Assembly (NCBI GenBank): GCA_963578625.1
Contig: CAUZEO010000001.1
Coordinates: 14,188-78,187, forward strand
From: Kiritimatiellia bacterium
Lineage (GTDB): Bacteria > Verrucomicrobiota > Kiritimatiellia > SLOV01
Direction: 5' to 3'
Length of the DNA stretch: 64,000 bases
Shown here in pieces: positions 18,794 to 27,705 of this stretch. The number at the start of each line of letters is the position of its first letter. Position 1 is the first letter of the stretch. The notes beneath the pieces are model-generated. The model had not been told where the DNA came from. It did no database searches and saw nothing but the letters and a program-made list of their open reading frames with translations. A program made the position numbers and the translations under genes.

Positions 18794-19306
18794 TTTGCCA
18801 GTCTCTCCTTACTTTTTGCTACTTTTCGCCTGTTGGCGACAAACCACGCCTTAACTTCCTTCTCCGCACTACTTTACTACTTGCTTCACCATCTTCTGAC
18901 TCCCCCTAGTCCTTATCTATAATTTCACGACGGTAACCTGTCCGAATTTCCCTGTTCCGTCAAGACCTTATCTTTTTTTTTTTGCAACCAGTCATCTTGG
19001 CACTTATTAACAGCCAAGCTGTCAGCAACCTGTCAATAACCTCTCAGAAATGCCCCTTTTTCGTTAAAATCTTATCGTCTTTTTTTACTATCAGGGGGTT
19101 GAGGGGGGCAGGGAGCGAAAAAATCCTTGACTCATCGCAGGGTGTTTGGCCTAACGGAAGCTTCAAAACCGCCCTGTAGTAGAGGGTATCCTCGCCCGGA
19201 CTGGGGGGGGGCCTTTCGTTCAAGAAAGGCCCTGATCATCATAATGCCGGAATTTCCGTGAATATTTTGATTTCCGCTAAATGGAAGTGCATACACGGCC
19301 GCGTGT

Positions 19307-19433
19307 AGCTTGGTCCTCCAAGCCCGAGCCGGGGCAAGCGATGGTCATGATGTGGCGAATGCCTTGAGGCTTGCTCCAGCATTCGCTTTCCATGATCTCC
19401 TCCTGCCCGGGGTCGGGCTTGGAAACCCAACCT
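19307..19433. mobile_element. MITE-like element copy 1
   Basis: cttggtcctccaagcccgagcc … ggggtcgggcttggaaacccaacctac. Same termini and related interior (ttccatgatctcctcctgc vs ttctatgatcaccccttgc) as copy 2. Lies in the intergenic region between LamG genes. Confidence 0.55.
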
Positions 19434-19520
19434 ACTTTTCGCGAATGGGATAGCTTCTAGTATTGAAGCCACTTCATCGGGCCGTCGTCGCAAAGAACGC
19501 TTGAATTACTCGCAATAAAC

Positions 19521-19553
19521 AAAACGGGGCAGGTCCTGGAGGACCCGCCCCGC
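19521..19553 (-). terminator. Rho-independent terminator downstream of LamG paralog 2
   Basis: cggggcaggtcc...ggacccgcccc hairpin, followed on the minus strand by TTTTGTTTATT. Confidence 0.55.
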
Positions 19554-19600
19554 TCGAAGTTGCATTCCTTGTTCGTTAGCTATCGGCGGCGAATCGCCAA

Positions 19601-20686
19601 CTACTCCTCCAGAATCTGATACTGCGCCGTGTTGTCGAACCCGTTCGGATCGTAGAGACGCTGGGTCCCGCCATCGCCGACGATGCTGGCCCCGGCATCC
19701 AGGAACACGACGCTGGTGCTGTTGGAAACTTGCAGCACGTAATCTCTGCCGACCTCGCTATCGAACTGTAAAAACGTCGTGGGGCCCACCGTGACGGTTT
19801 CGAACCCGGGCCCCGGCAGGGGGATCGAGGCCATTTCAGCCTGCACGGCGGCATTATCCAGAAGCTCGTCGAAGATCTTCAGTTCATCAATCGCGCCGAG
19901 AAATCCGCGGCCGGTGCCTGTGTGGCTGTCATGCCCGCCGAGCACAAAGGGTCCCCCCTGGTCGTTCAATCCGCTCCAGGAATCGGCACTGTTGCCCACT
20001 AAGTCACCGTCGACCCACAGCCGTACCGAATTCGATGCCGAATTCCAGCCGACCACAAAATGCACCCATGTTCCTACAGGCAGCGGAGAAGGCGCTGCTA
20101 TGTTCGGGCCACCATTCAATTCGATGCGACCGTGGTATGCTGCATTCGGCTGATTGTGAAGGAGATACGAGAACGGATCCGAACCATGAACTACGAGCCA
20201 GTTGGAGTTATCCGGGTTGTTGATGGCTCCGGCTTCACCGTATGCACTACCGTCACCGTCGGGACCCGGGTCCTGCCGCATCCAGAACATGATGGTGCCG
20301 GTGCTGGTCAACGCGAAGGATGCATCGCTACCGAACCGGACCACGTCGTTCTTCGGACCCTGAGGCTCCCGGTCAAGCCGGGTCGGATGAACCTGTGGGT
20401 CATCGAGGATGCCGTCGCCCCGCACGCCGTTGAACTGCAGGGCGGTTCCGCCCCCGATCAGCGGCGAGTCCACCCAGTCGTTGGTCGGGTTCTTCCCTGC
20501 GCCGAACGTGCCGTGCTGCGGATTAGTGATCACCTGGTCGAACACGTTCGTTCCGGCCCCTTCGTCGAAGTTGTAGTAGTGAATCATGGCCGCCTGAGAG
20601 CCGGCCGCGCACAGGAAGCACGCCGCAGCCGCGGCGGCAATCACTGTGGCTGTCCATCTGTTCGTTTTCATCTGAATTTTCTTCAT
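19601..20686 (-). CDS. LamG-like secreted protein (paralog 2, no PEP-CTERM)
   Basis: Signal peptide and LamG core homologous to 17900..18793 (HYYNFDEG.GTNVFDQV.TNPQHG, GVRGDGI.DDP.VH.TR.DR), plus an extra C-terminal beta-sandwich. Confidence 0.8.
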   Translation of the reverse strand: MKKIQMKTNRWTATVIAAAAAACFLCAAGSQAAMIHYYNFDEGAGTNVFDQVITNPQHGTFGAGKNPTNDWVDSPLIGGGTALQFNGVRGDGILDDPQVHPTRLDREPQGPKNDVVRFGSDASFALTSTGTIMFWMRQDPGPDGDGSAYGEAGAINNPDNSNWLVVHGSDPFSYLLHNQPNAAYHGRIELNGGPNIAAPSPLPVGTWVHFVVGWNSASNSVRLWVDGDLVGNSADSWSGLNDQGGPFVLGGHDSHTGTGRGFLGAIDELKIFDELLDNAAVQAEMASIPLPGPGFETVTVGPTTFLQFDSEVGRDYVLQVSNSTSVVFLDAGASIVGDGGTQRLYDPNGFDNTAQYQILEE

Positions 20687-20708
20687 GGTTTCTCCACGTG
20701 ATTTTGAA

Positions 20709-21893
20709 TCAGTCCAAAATTTCGAATTGGTAGCTGCCGTTGGGGTCCCCGTCGGGGTCGTAGAAGTTGACGGGATCGCCTGTCCCCTTCACAAGAGGTC
20801 CTACTGGGATAAAGTTCCCCGCCACCAGGTCGGTGGCTCGCTTCAGCTGGTAGTTTTTGTTGGCCTTGGTGCTCAGGCTCATGATGACGGCACCGGTCAC
20901 CGGATCGGGGACCCAGGGAATCGTCCCCTCGGGCGCGGCCGGCACGATCGCCATTTCGGCCTGAACTTCCTGCGCGGTCAGGGCGGTATCGAAGATCTTG
21001 AGTTCATCAACGCCGCCAAGGCAACCACGTCCCGAACCCGTCTGGCCCGGCTGCCCGCCGACATACAAAGAGCCGGTCGCAGTGAGTAGACCGTTGAAAC
21101 CGTCGTTTACGGCGACTTCCACGCCGTCGACGTAGAGGAAGGATTCCCCGTCGCCGTAATACCCGCCGGTTTTCGTCCAGGTCGTGGCGATGTGGACCCA
21201 TTCCCCAGTCGGCAGCGGACTCGGTGACCTCAAATCGATCTCACCCATTTTTCCCTCGAACCGAAGACCCAGTCCTTGCGAAGGCTGATGGTGGAAAACG
21301 TATGGATCTATGCCGACGGGTCCCTTGTAAATAATCCAGTTCGCATTGTCCGGGTTGTTGATGGCGCCGTCGCCACCGTACGGGCTGCTGCCGTCGCCGT
21401 CGGGACCCGGATCCTGGCGGTACCACATCATGATTGTTCCCTCGTTCGTAAGATCGAAGGAGGCGTCCGGCCCGAATTGCACGTAAGCATTCTGCGGGCC
21501 CAGCGGCACCCGGTCACGCCGGGTTATATGAACGGGTGGGCTGTCTTTGATGCCGTCGCCCCGCACGCCAGGGAACTGAAGCGCGTTCCCCCCGTTCACC
21601 AGAGGGGAGGAGATCCAGGCGCTGGCTGGATCCAGTTGGGCTCCGAATGTCCCGTCCTGAGAATTGGTCTTTACCTCGTCCTTGGTCTGAGTACCGCCCC
21701 CCTCGTCGAACCGGTAGTAATGAACCAATGCTGCCGGACCGCTGACCGCGGCCACCAGCATCCACAGCCCCGCAACCGGAACCATGTAGCGCGTTGCTTT
21801 ACTTCTCATCCTGGTCTCCTTTCGCTGGATAAAACGACCGGATGAACAATCCGTACATCCGGCGATTGAATGCGACTTCGTCGGCCTCTCCAT
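20709..21893 (-). CDS. LamG-like secreted protein (paralog 3)
   Basis: Signal peptide, the same LamG core, and a C-terminal beta-sandwich extension. Confidence 0.8.
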   Translation of the reverse strand: MERPTKSHSIAGCTDCSSGRFIQRKETRMRSKATRYMVPVAGLWMLVAAVSGPAALVHYYRFDEGGGTQTKDEVKTNSQDGTFGAQLDPASAWISSPLVNGGNALQFPGVRGDGIKDSPPVHITRRDRVPLGPQNAYVQFGPDASFDLTNEGTIMMWYRQDPGPDGDGSSPYGGDGAINNPDNANWIIYKGPVGIDPYVFHHQPSQGLGLRFEGKMGEIDLRSPSPLPTGEWVHIATTWTKTGGYYGDGESFLYVDGVEVAVNDGFNGLLTATGSLYVGGQPGQTGSGRGCLGGVDELKIFDTALTAQEVQAEMAIVPAAPEGTIPWVPDPVTGAVIMSLSTKANKNYQLKRATDLVAGNFIPVGPLVKGTGDPVNFYDPDGDPNGSYQFEILD

Positions 21894-22121
21894 GGGCCAG
21901 AGGGCCCGACCTCGCGCAATCTAGGAAAGATACCTCCCCCGCAAACGGGCTGGCAACAAAAAAATCATTGAATATCGGCATAACTACGTTTAGCATTCCA
22001 TTGCTTAACGGAGCGGTGATCCGACCCGAAAATCGGGTCGCTTCCGTCGATGATACATCACGGATGCGTGACTACGGCAGGAGATCCGGAAATGCGTTTT
22101 TGCAAGAAAGTAAAGCAAAAC

Positions 22122-22949
22122 ATGGAAAGTTCCTCACGTAACTCAGCCCGAAGGTTCATTGAGTCGCTGGCTTGCCGGCCGAAGTCTTCTGTGCCCGCGA
22201 CTGCGTCGGTGGGGTGGAGGCAAGCCCGGTCAGGATTCACGCTCATCGAACTGTTGGTGGTCATCGCTATCATCGCGGTGTTGTCGGCGATTCTGCTCCC
22301 GGCCCTCCGGGAAGCGCGACTGCGTGCCTATACCGCATCCTGCCTGCCGAATATTCGAGGCGGGCACCTGGTCCAGACCCAGTACGCGCTCGATAACGGA
22401 GGCGAATATGCGGAGGCGCCTGAGCATTTGCCGGATTACTACCGGGAGGGAGGCCCATACCAGGGGAGCCGCCGGCAGAAGTTCGAGGATTATGTTTCGA
22501 ATTACAAGATCCTCTCCTGCCCCTATCACAACTATACGATGCGGAGATTTCGGGCCGATCGGCATTGGCGCCGGGAGTGGGCCACCAGCGGCCCCGCCGA
22601 CACCTACAATTTCTGCCACATGAACTACATGTGGATGGGCAACTACGTGAAGGGAATCTCTGCCTACTATAACGGGGAGCTCCCGTGGCCGAAGTCCATG
22701 GATGAAAGCACTCCGGACCGCGTGCTGGTCACCCACCGGATCAACCTCATCAAGGGATACGGAGCCCAATTCGAAAGCCACAACAATGCATTGGAAGTGC
22801 TGGGCGTCCGGCGGATCCAGCAGCCGGAAAAGGAGCTGGCCGGTTTGAAGGAGAACCCCGTTGGATATGCCGATGGTCATGCCCTCGTCATCCCGGCCGA
22901 AGACATCGTGCGGCGCGTAAAAACTGGGTCGGGAACTCTGTTTTATTGA
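22122..22949 (+). CDS. Prepilin-type N-terminal cleavage/methylation domain (DUF1559-like) protein
   Basis: [25 protein letters not shown] pseudopilin N-terminus, C-terminal …[13 protein letters not shown]. The ORF starts at 22050; the Met at 22122 gives a shorter leader. Confidence 0.75.
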   Translation: MESSSRNSARRFIESLACRPKSSVPATASVGWRQARSGFTLIELLVVIAIIAVLSAILLPALREARLRAYTASCLPNIRGGHLVQTQYALDNGGEYAEAPEHLPDYYREGGPYQGSRRQKFEDYVSNYKILSCPYHNYTMRRFRADRHWRREWATSGPADTYNFCHMNYMWMGNYVKGISAYYNGELPWPKSMDESTPDRVLVTHRINLIKGYGAQFESHNNALEVLGVRRIQQPEKELAGLKENPVGYADGHALVIPAEDIVRRVKTGSGTLFY

Positions 22950-22958
22950 GGTTGTGGA

Positions 22959-23729
22959 ATGGACGACGAGGCACGAGACTATGACAGTCTTGAAATCCGA
23001 GATTCGAAATCAGCCTTCACGTTGATTGAGCTTCTGGTGGTCATCGCTATCATCGCGGTGCTGTCGGCGATTCTGCTCCCGGCCCTCAGGGAAGCGCGAC
23101 TGCGTGCCTACACCGCATCCTGCCTGCCGAATATTCGGGGCGGGCACCTGGTCCAGACCCAGTACGCGCTCGATAACGGAGGCGAATATGCAGAGGCGCC
23201 TGAGCATTTACCGGATTATTTCCGGGAGGGAGGCTCATACCAGGGGAGCCGCCGGCAGAAGTTCGAGGATTATGTTTCGAATTACAAGATCCTCTCCTGC
23301 CCCTATCACAACTATTCGATGCGAAAATTTCGGGCCGATCGGCATTGGCGCCGGGAGTGGACCACCAGCGGCCCCGCCAACACCTACAATTTCTGCCACA
23401 TGAACTACATGTGGATGGGCAACTACACGGCGGGAATCTCTGCCTACTATAACGGGGAGCTCCCGTGGCCGAAGTCCATGGATGAAAGCACTCCGGACCG
23501 CGTGCTGGTCACCCACCGGATCAACCTCATCAAGGGATACGGAGCCCAACTGCTCAGCCACAACAATGCGCTCGACGTGCTGGGCATCCGGCGTCTCCAG
23601 CAGCCGGAAATGGAACTGGGCGGGTTGAAAGAAAACCCGGTCGGATATGCTGATGGCCACGCACTGGTCATTCAGGCCGAAGACATCGTACGGCGTGTGA
23701 ACAGCGGCAGGGGAGTCCTGTTTTACTGA
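22959..23729 (+). CDS. Prepilin-type N-terminal (DUF1559-like) protein, tandem paralog
   Basis: [25 protein letters not shown]. More than 90% nucleotide identity to the upstream gene across ~700 nt. Confidence 0.75.
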   Translation: MDDEARDYDSLEIRDSKSAFTLIELLVVIAIIAVLSAILLPALREARLRAYTASCLPNIRGGHLVQTQYALDNGGEYAEAPEHLPDYFREGGSYQGSRRQKFEDYVSNYKILSCPYHNYSMRKFRADRHWRREWTTSGPANTYNFCHMNYMWMGNYTAGISAYYNGELPWPKSMDESTPDRVLVTHRINLIKGYGAQLLSHNNALDVLGIRRLQQPEMELGGLKENPVGYADGHALVIQAEDIVRRVNSGRGVLFY

Positions 23730-23889
23730 GGTAGTGGATTCCGGGTTCAGCTGGGGTTGAGCGCTCCCCCCTTAGCCTGCCGTGACAATCGGGCTCCAGC
23801 TATCGGCGAAAATCCTCTGCGTTGCGGGGGGGCGGGGCACTGTTCAATGCCTACTGAGAGGCGTCCTCAAGGCTCCGAAGAGTCTTGGT

Positions 23890-24200
23890 AGGGGCGTTCT
23901 GTCTATTTTGAACCGGGGAACATACCGGGACGCGATAGAAACGCTGCTGACATGTGACGGGTTTCCTGAACCCTTTCTTCGCGGATCGAAAGCCGCCGAC
24001 AACCGTTGGGCATCCGTTTATCACCAGGAGATTCTCCGAGCCGATGTCCGGGATGCATTTGCCGTGAGGGATCTGGACTCTCTGACGCTGCTTTACGACC
24101 TGCTTGTGCCGCGGGTCGGGTCCCCGCTGTCCGTGACTCAACTCCCAATCCTACTCGTAACCGCAAATCGATTCGAGGTTCGGTTACAGTGCGATCAGGA
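23890..24200 (+). pseudogene. Fragment of a COG1373/DUF4143-type AAA+ ATPase
   Basis: …ETLLTCDGFPEPFLRG…YHQEILRADVRDAFAVRDLDSLTLLYDLLVPRVGSPLSVTQL… matches the DUF4143 region. There is no AAA N-domain, and the surrounding ORF (23782..24294) is largely unlike protein. Confidence 0.4.
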
Positions 24201-24315
24201 GGTGCCTGTGAGGAGTCTTGGGGTTCCGGTTGTCGTCCGCCACACGGGTCACACACCCGTGCTGCGAAAAAACCGCCCCGTCCTTCCTCCTTGATTCCAC
24301 CTGCACAATGATGCG

Positions 24316-25134
24316 ATGGATACTCTCGTGAGTACAACCGCCCATCTTCCGCTTAAAGTCCAATACTTCTGCGACGCCACTCCGCCGGGCATCGCCTGCC
24401 GCGAGGAAAACTTCGAACGCCGGGAACTTCAATTCGAACTGCCCGTAGCACAGACCGCCCTCGTCCTCGTCGACCTCTGGAACGTCCACCACATCGACAG
24501 CTGGGTGGAGCGGGAGACGGCCGTGCTCAAGGAGAAGATCCTTCCCGTCATCGAAGCTGCGAGAGAGGCCGGGCTGACCCTCGTGCAGGCGCCAAGCCCG
24601 GAAGTGATCCGGAACCAGGAGAAACTGCAGAAACGGGTCTACGGCGGGTGGTCTGATCCAAACATGAAGCAGGCCCCAGCCGACTGGCCGCCGACGGAGT
24701 TCAAGGAGCGCAGCGGGGGCTATCACGCCTTTCGACATCCGCGCCAGCAACCGCCGGGCGTCCAGCGGTTTTGGGACAAGCTGGAAGGACAGATGGACAT
24801 CAGTCCGCTCGTCGAGATCGCGGACTCCGATTATCTAGTGGCCACCGGCGACCAATTGCACACGCTGCTTCGGGAACAGGAGGTTCTTCACATCCTTTAC
24901 GCAGGTTTTGCCACCAACTGGTGCATTCTGGGACGCGACTACGGCGTGGCCCCGATGTATGGGCGTGGATACAACGTGATCCTGCTGCGCGACGCCACCG
25001 AGGGAGTGGAGTTTCCGGACACCCTTGAGCAAGGTTGGGCCACCGAATTGGCGGTGCGGGAGGTGGAGCAGAAATACGGGTATACCGCGACAAGTGCAGA
25101 CCTGATTGCCGCGTGCGGGAAAGCCCGCCCTTGA
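24316..25134 (+). CDS. Isochorismatase-like (cysteine hydrolase) family protein
   Basis: ALVLVDLWN … ILYAGFATNWCILGRDYG pattern is typical of isochorismatase-fold hydrolases. There is an unusual ~50-aa N-terminal extension. Confidence 0.55.
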   Translation: MDTLVSTTAHLPLKVQYFCDATPPGIACREENFERRELQFELPVAQTALVLVDLWNVHHIDSWVERETAVLKEKILPVIEAAREAGLTLVQAPSPEVIRNQEKLQKRVYGGWSDPNMKQAPADWPPTEFKERSGGYHAFRHPRQQPPGVQRFWDKLEGQMDISPLVEIADSDYLVATGDQLHTLLREQEVLHILYAGFATNWCILGRDYGVAPMYGRGYNVILLRDATEGVEFPDTLEQGWATELAVREVEQKYGYTATSADLIAACGKARP

Positions 25135-25428
25135 CCCGGCCGCTCCGGTAGTTGATTGGAAACCAAGCCCCGTCCGGTCCCAGCAATCAGTCTGGATTGT
25201 TAAAACACCGTCTAAACCCCACCGGGTTTATCCCGGTGGAGACGTGATCCTGTGCTACAATTCGGTGAATACCAAACACGAGCCCGAAAAGGAGCAATGA
25301 ATGAGTCTGGCTCTATTCTCGCTCCAACCGTGCATTATTGTTTCGTCCTTGGTTTCATCAGTGCAAGATCTAGTCCATGAGGGAACCCGCCGTCGCATTG
25401 GACTAGTACGAAATACAATTATTCCGCA

Positions 25429-27687
25429 ATGAACCACAAAACATCAGCGTCCCTGCCCAGGATACGCATCGCTCCGATCCACAACCGTCCCGTTGTCCCT
25501 GAAGAAAACCCACGGTTCGAGACGCTGGATCCAAAGCCGGTGGCCCGGCGGGACCTGCCCAAGGACTTCCAGGAGAGTGTGCAGATGGGGTGGAACGACT
25601 ACCTCATCTACAACATGATGTTCGACTACGACTTTGCCACTGCGATTCGTCCGTTTAGCGCGTGCATGTGGTTCAACGAGCCGGAGGACGGCGAAGTTCC
25701 CGGCTGGCGGGATGTCGCGAGAAAGTATGCGGAAAAGGGACTGATCCTGGAGAGCATCTGGGGGATTCGCCACGGCATGCCCTTCCGGTCCGGCAGCGGG
25801 GAAATGACCGTGCCGGAAGAGGTTCACCAGTTCCTGCTCGAGACGTTCGGGCCCCGGTTCTGGGGGTGGGAGAACGGTGAACAGGACCAGGAATACTGTG
25901 CGCACTATGTCTTCGGGTCGTATGGATGGACGCCACAGCCGTCCGAGCGAAGTCGCAAAGAGGCCTACGAGGATTTCGTGCGCTTTTCCAAGGGAACCCT
26001 CGACCGGATGTTCCACGATTACTCCGTCTCCATCGGTGCCCAGGGGTTTTGCCACTATTACGGTGAAATGGGCCTCCGGATGATCGGCCTCGAGCTCAGC
26101 ACGGGACTTCCCAGTTCGATCCTGCGCTGCGCCTTTCTGCGAGGCGCGTCGAAGCAGTACGATTTGCTCACCCACAACCAGATCTCGATCTTTCTCCGCA
26201 GCCCCGAGCAGAAACCGTTTTTTTCATCGTCCAGGGTCTTTCCCAGCGAAGGCCGTGGGCTGCGGGTCGAGTGGCAATATGCGCACCCGGACGGCGGCAC
26301 GCCGTCTCACCTGTTCAAGCGGCTGTGGTTTTCCTCCTACATGTACGGCGTCAGCGCGCTGGGCACCGAGGGCGGCCTCTTTTATGACGACGTCGCATCA
26401 TTGCCCCGTCACTATCAAGGGATCGAGGCCGTCGGGGTCCGGCCGCCATCAGAGGCGACGAATGACAAGGATTTCTACCACCCGACGGATGCATCGGGGG
26501 ACGCGTCGAGGAAATCCCTGAACCGGCCCGCGGAACTGGAACATAACCTGACCCCGCTGGGCCGTGACTTTCGCGAGTGGGTATTCACCACCCGGGCGCA
26601 TCCGGACCGCGGGGTGATGTATGCGCCGGTGGCTCTGGTGATGGATTTCCACCACGGATGGTGTCCGCCGGTGCACGTCGGCATGGGCCAAAGCCGGCCG
26701 GAGCATGTGTGGGGAAACATTCCCTACCAGCTTGGGGACTACCACATCGACCAGTTCTTCCACTGGATTTTCCCCGGCTACCTGGAGTTCGCCTATGCGA
26801 TCAACGGCCGGGGGTGCCTGACGCCCACCCCGTTCGGCGACTCGTTCGACGTGCTGCTCACGAATGCCTCGCTGGATGTGTTCAACAAGTACCAGGCCGC
26901 GGTGCTGCTCGGAGAAATGCCCGATGAACCGGACTTCGCGGCGACGTTGGAGGCATTTGTCCGTTCAGGCCGAACCGTGGTCCTGTGTACGCGGCAGATG
27001 ACCGGCGGCCTTGCAGATCTTGCGGGCTTGGAAATCAAGGATAGGGATCTGGAAAGCTCGACGTCGACGAGCCTGGTGACCGGAAAGAGTTACAGGGAGA
27101 CCGCCTATCTCTATGACCTTGTTGAGGCGAAAGACGCAGACGTGCTCGCGGTAAACGATGCCGGACATCCGCTCGTGTGCGTGACCAGGGTGGGAGAAGG
27201 TCTGATTTTCGTCATCACGCCGGTCTACTGGGCCACCGGCAGGCGACCCGATCATAAGTTGGAATTTATCGAGGGATTGCCTTGGGGCAAACATTTCATG
27301 AACGAATATTTTCGTGGCCGGCAGGCGGCCCCCGTGCACTTTCTGGAGGTGGTGCAGGAGGTCATCGGGCAGGTCTTTGAATCGTATTCGTTGATCGAGT
27401 TGACCGGGCGGCCTCTCCAGTACATCGTCAACGTGACCAACGAAGCGGATAAACTTCTGGTCACACTCATCAACAACGGCGAAGCTCAATGGGACGGTCG
27501 GCTCTCGGTGAAAGGACAACGGATCAAGCGATGCGTGGAGTGGCTCTCGAGATGCGAGACCTGCATCGAGGACGGTGCACTGTTGGCGGCCGTACCCGCC
27601 ACCGATGTGCGGATCTATGAATTGACTTGCGAGGAGTCGTTCCTCACTCTAGCCCCCCCGGCTGGAACCTTGGCTCCCGCACCATGA
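25429..27687 (+). CDS. Uncharacterised large protein, family A copy A2
   Basis: 752 aa, collinear with A1 and A3. The B1 gene starts 18 nt downstream. Confidence 0.85.
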   Translation: MNHKTSASLPRIRIAPIHNRPVVPEENPRFETLDPKPVARRDLPKDFQESVQMGWNDYLIYNMMFDYDFATAIRPFSACMWFNEPEDGEVPGWRDVARKYAEKGLILESIWGIRHGMPFRSGSGEMTVPEEVHQFLLETFGPRFWGWENGEQDQEYCAHYVFGSYGWTPQPSERSRKEAYEDFVRFSKGTLDRMFHDYSVSIGAQGFCHYYGEMGLRMIGLELSTGLPSSILRCAFLRGASKQYDLLTHNQISIFLRSPEQKPFFSSSRVFPSEGRGLRVEWQYAHPDGGTPSHLFKRLWFSSYMYGVSALGTEGGLFYDDVASLPRHYQGIEAVGVRPPSEATNDKDFYHPTDASGDASRKSLNRPAELEHNLTPLGRDFREWVFTTRAHPDRGVMYAPVALVMDFHHGWCPPVHVGMGQSRPEHVWGNIPYQLGDYHIDQFFHWIFPGYLEFAYAINGRGCLTPTPFGDSFDVLLTNASLDVFNKYQAAVLLGEMPDEPDFAATLEAFVRSGRTVVLCTRQMTGGLADLAGLEIKDRDLESSTSTSLVTGKSYRETAYLYDLVEAKDADVLAVNDAGHPLVCVTRVGEGLIFVITPVYWATGRRPDHKLEFIEGLPWGKHFMNEYFRGRQAAPVHFLEVVQEVIGQVFESYSLIELTGRPLQYIVNVTNEADKLLVTLINNGEAQWDGRLSVKGQRIKRCVEWLSRCETCIEDGALLAAVPATDVRIYELTCEESFLTLAPPAGTLAPAP

Positions 27688-27705
27688 CCAAGGAAAGGAT
27701 ACACG

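Noticed and set aside
19239-19493. 84-aa ORF in the LamG intergenic region
   Set aside because: It lies entirely within the MITE-like element and low-GC non-coding DNA and has no protein-like features.
23782-24294. 170-aa ORF treated as an intact gene
   Set aside because: Only the central ~100 aa resemble a DUF4143 ATPase segment. The flanks are Arg/Gly-rich non-protein-like sequence, so it is reported as a pseudogene fragment instead.
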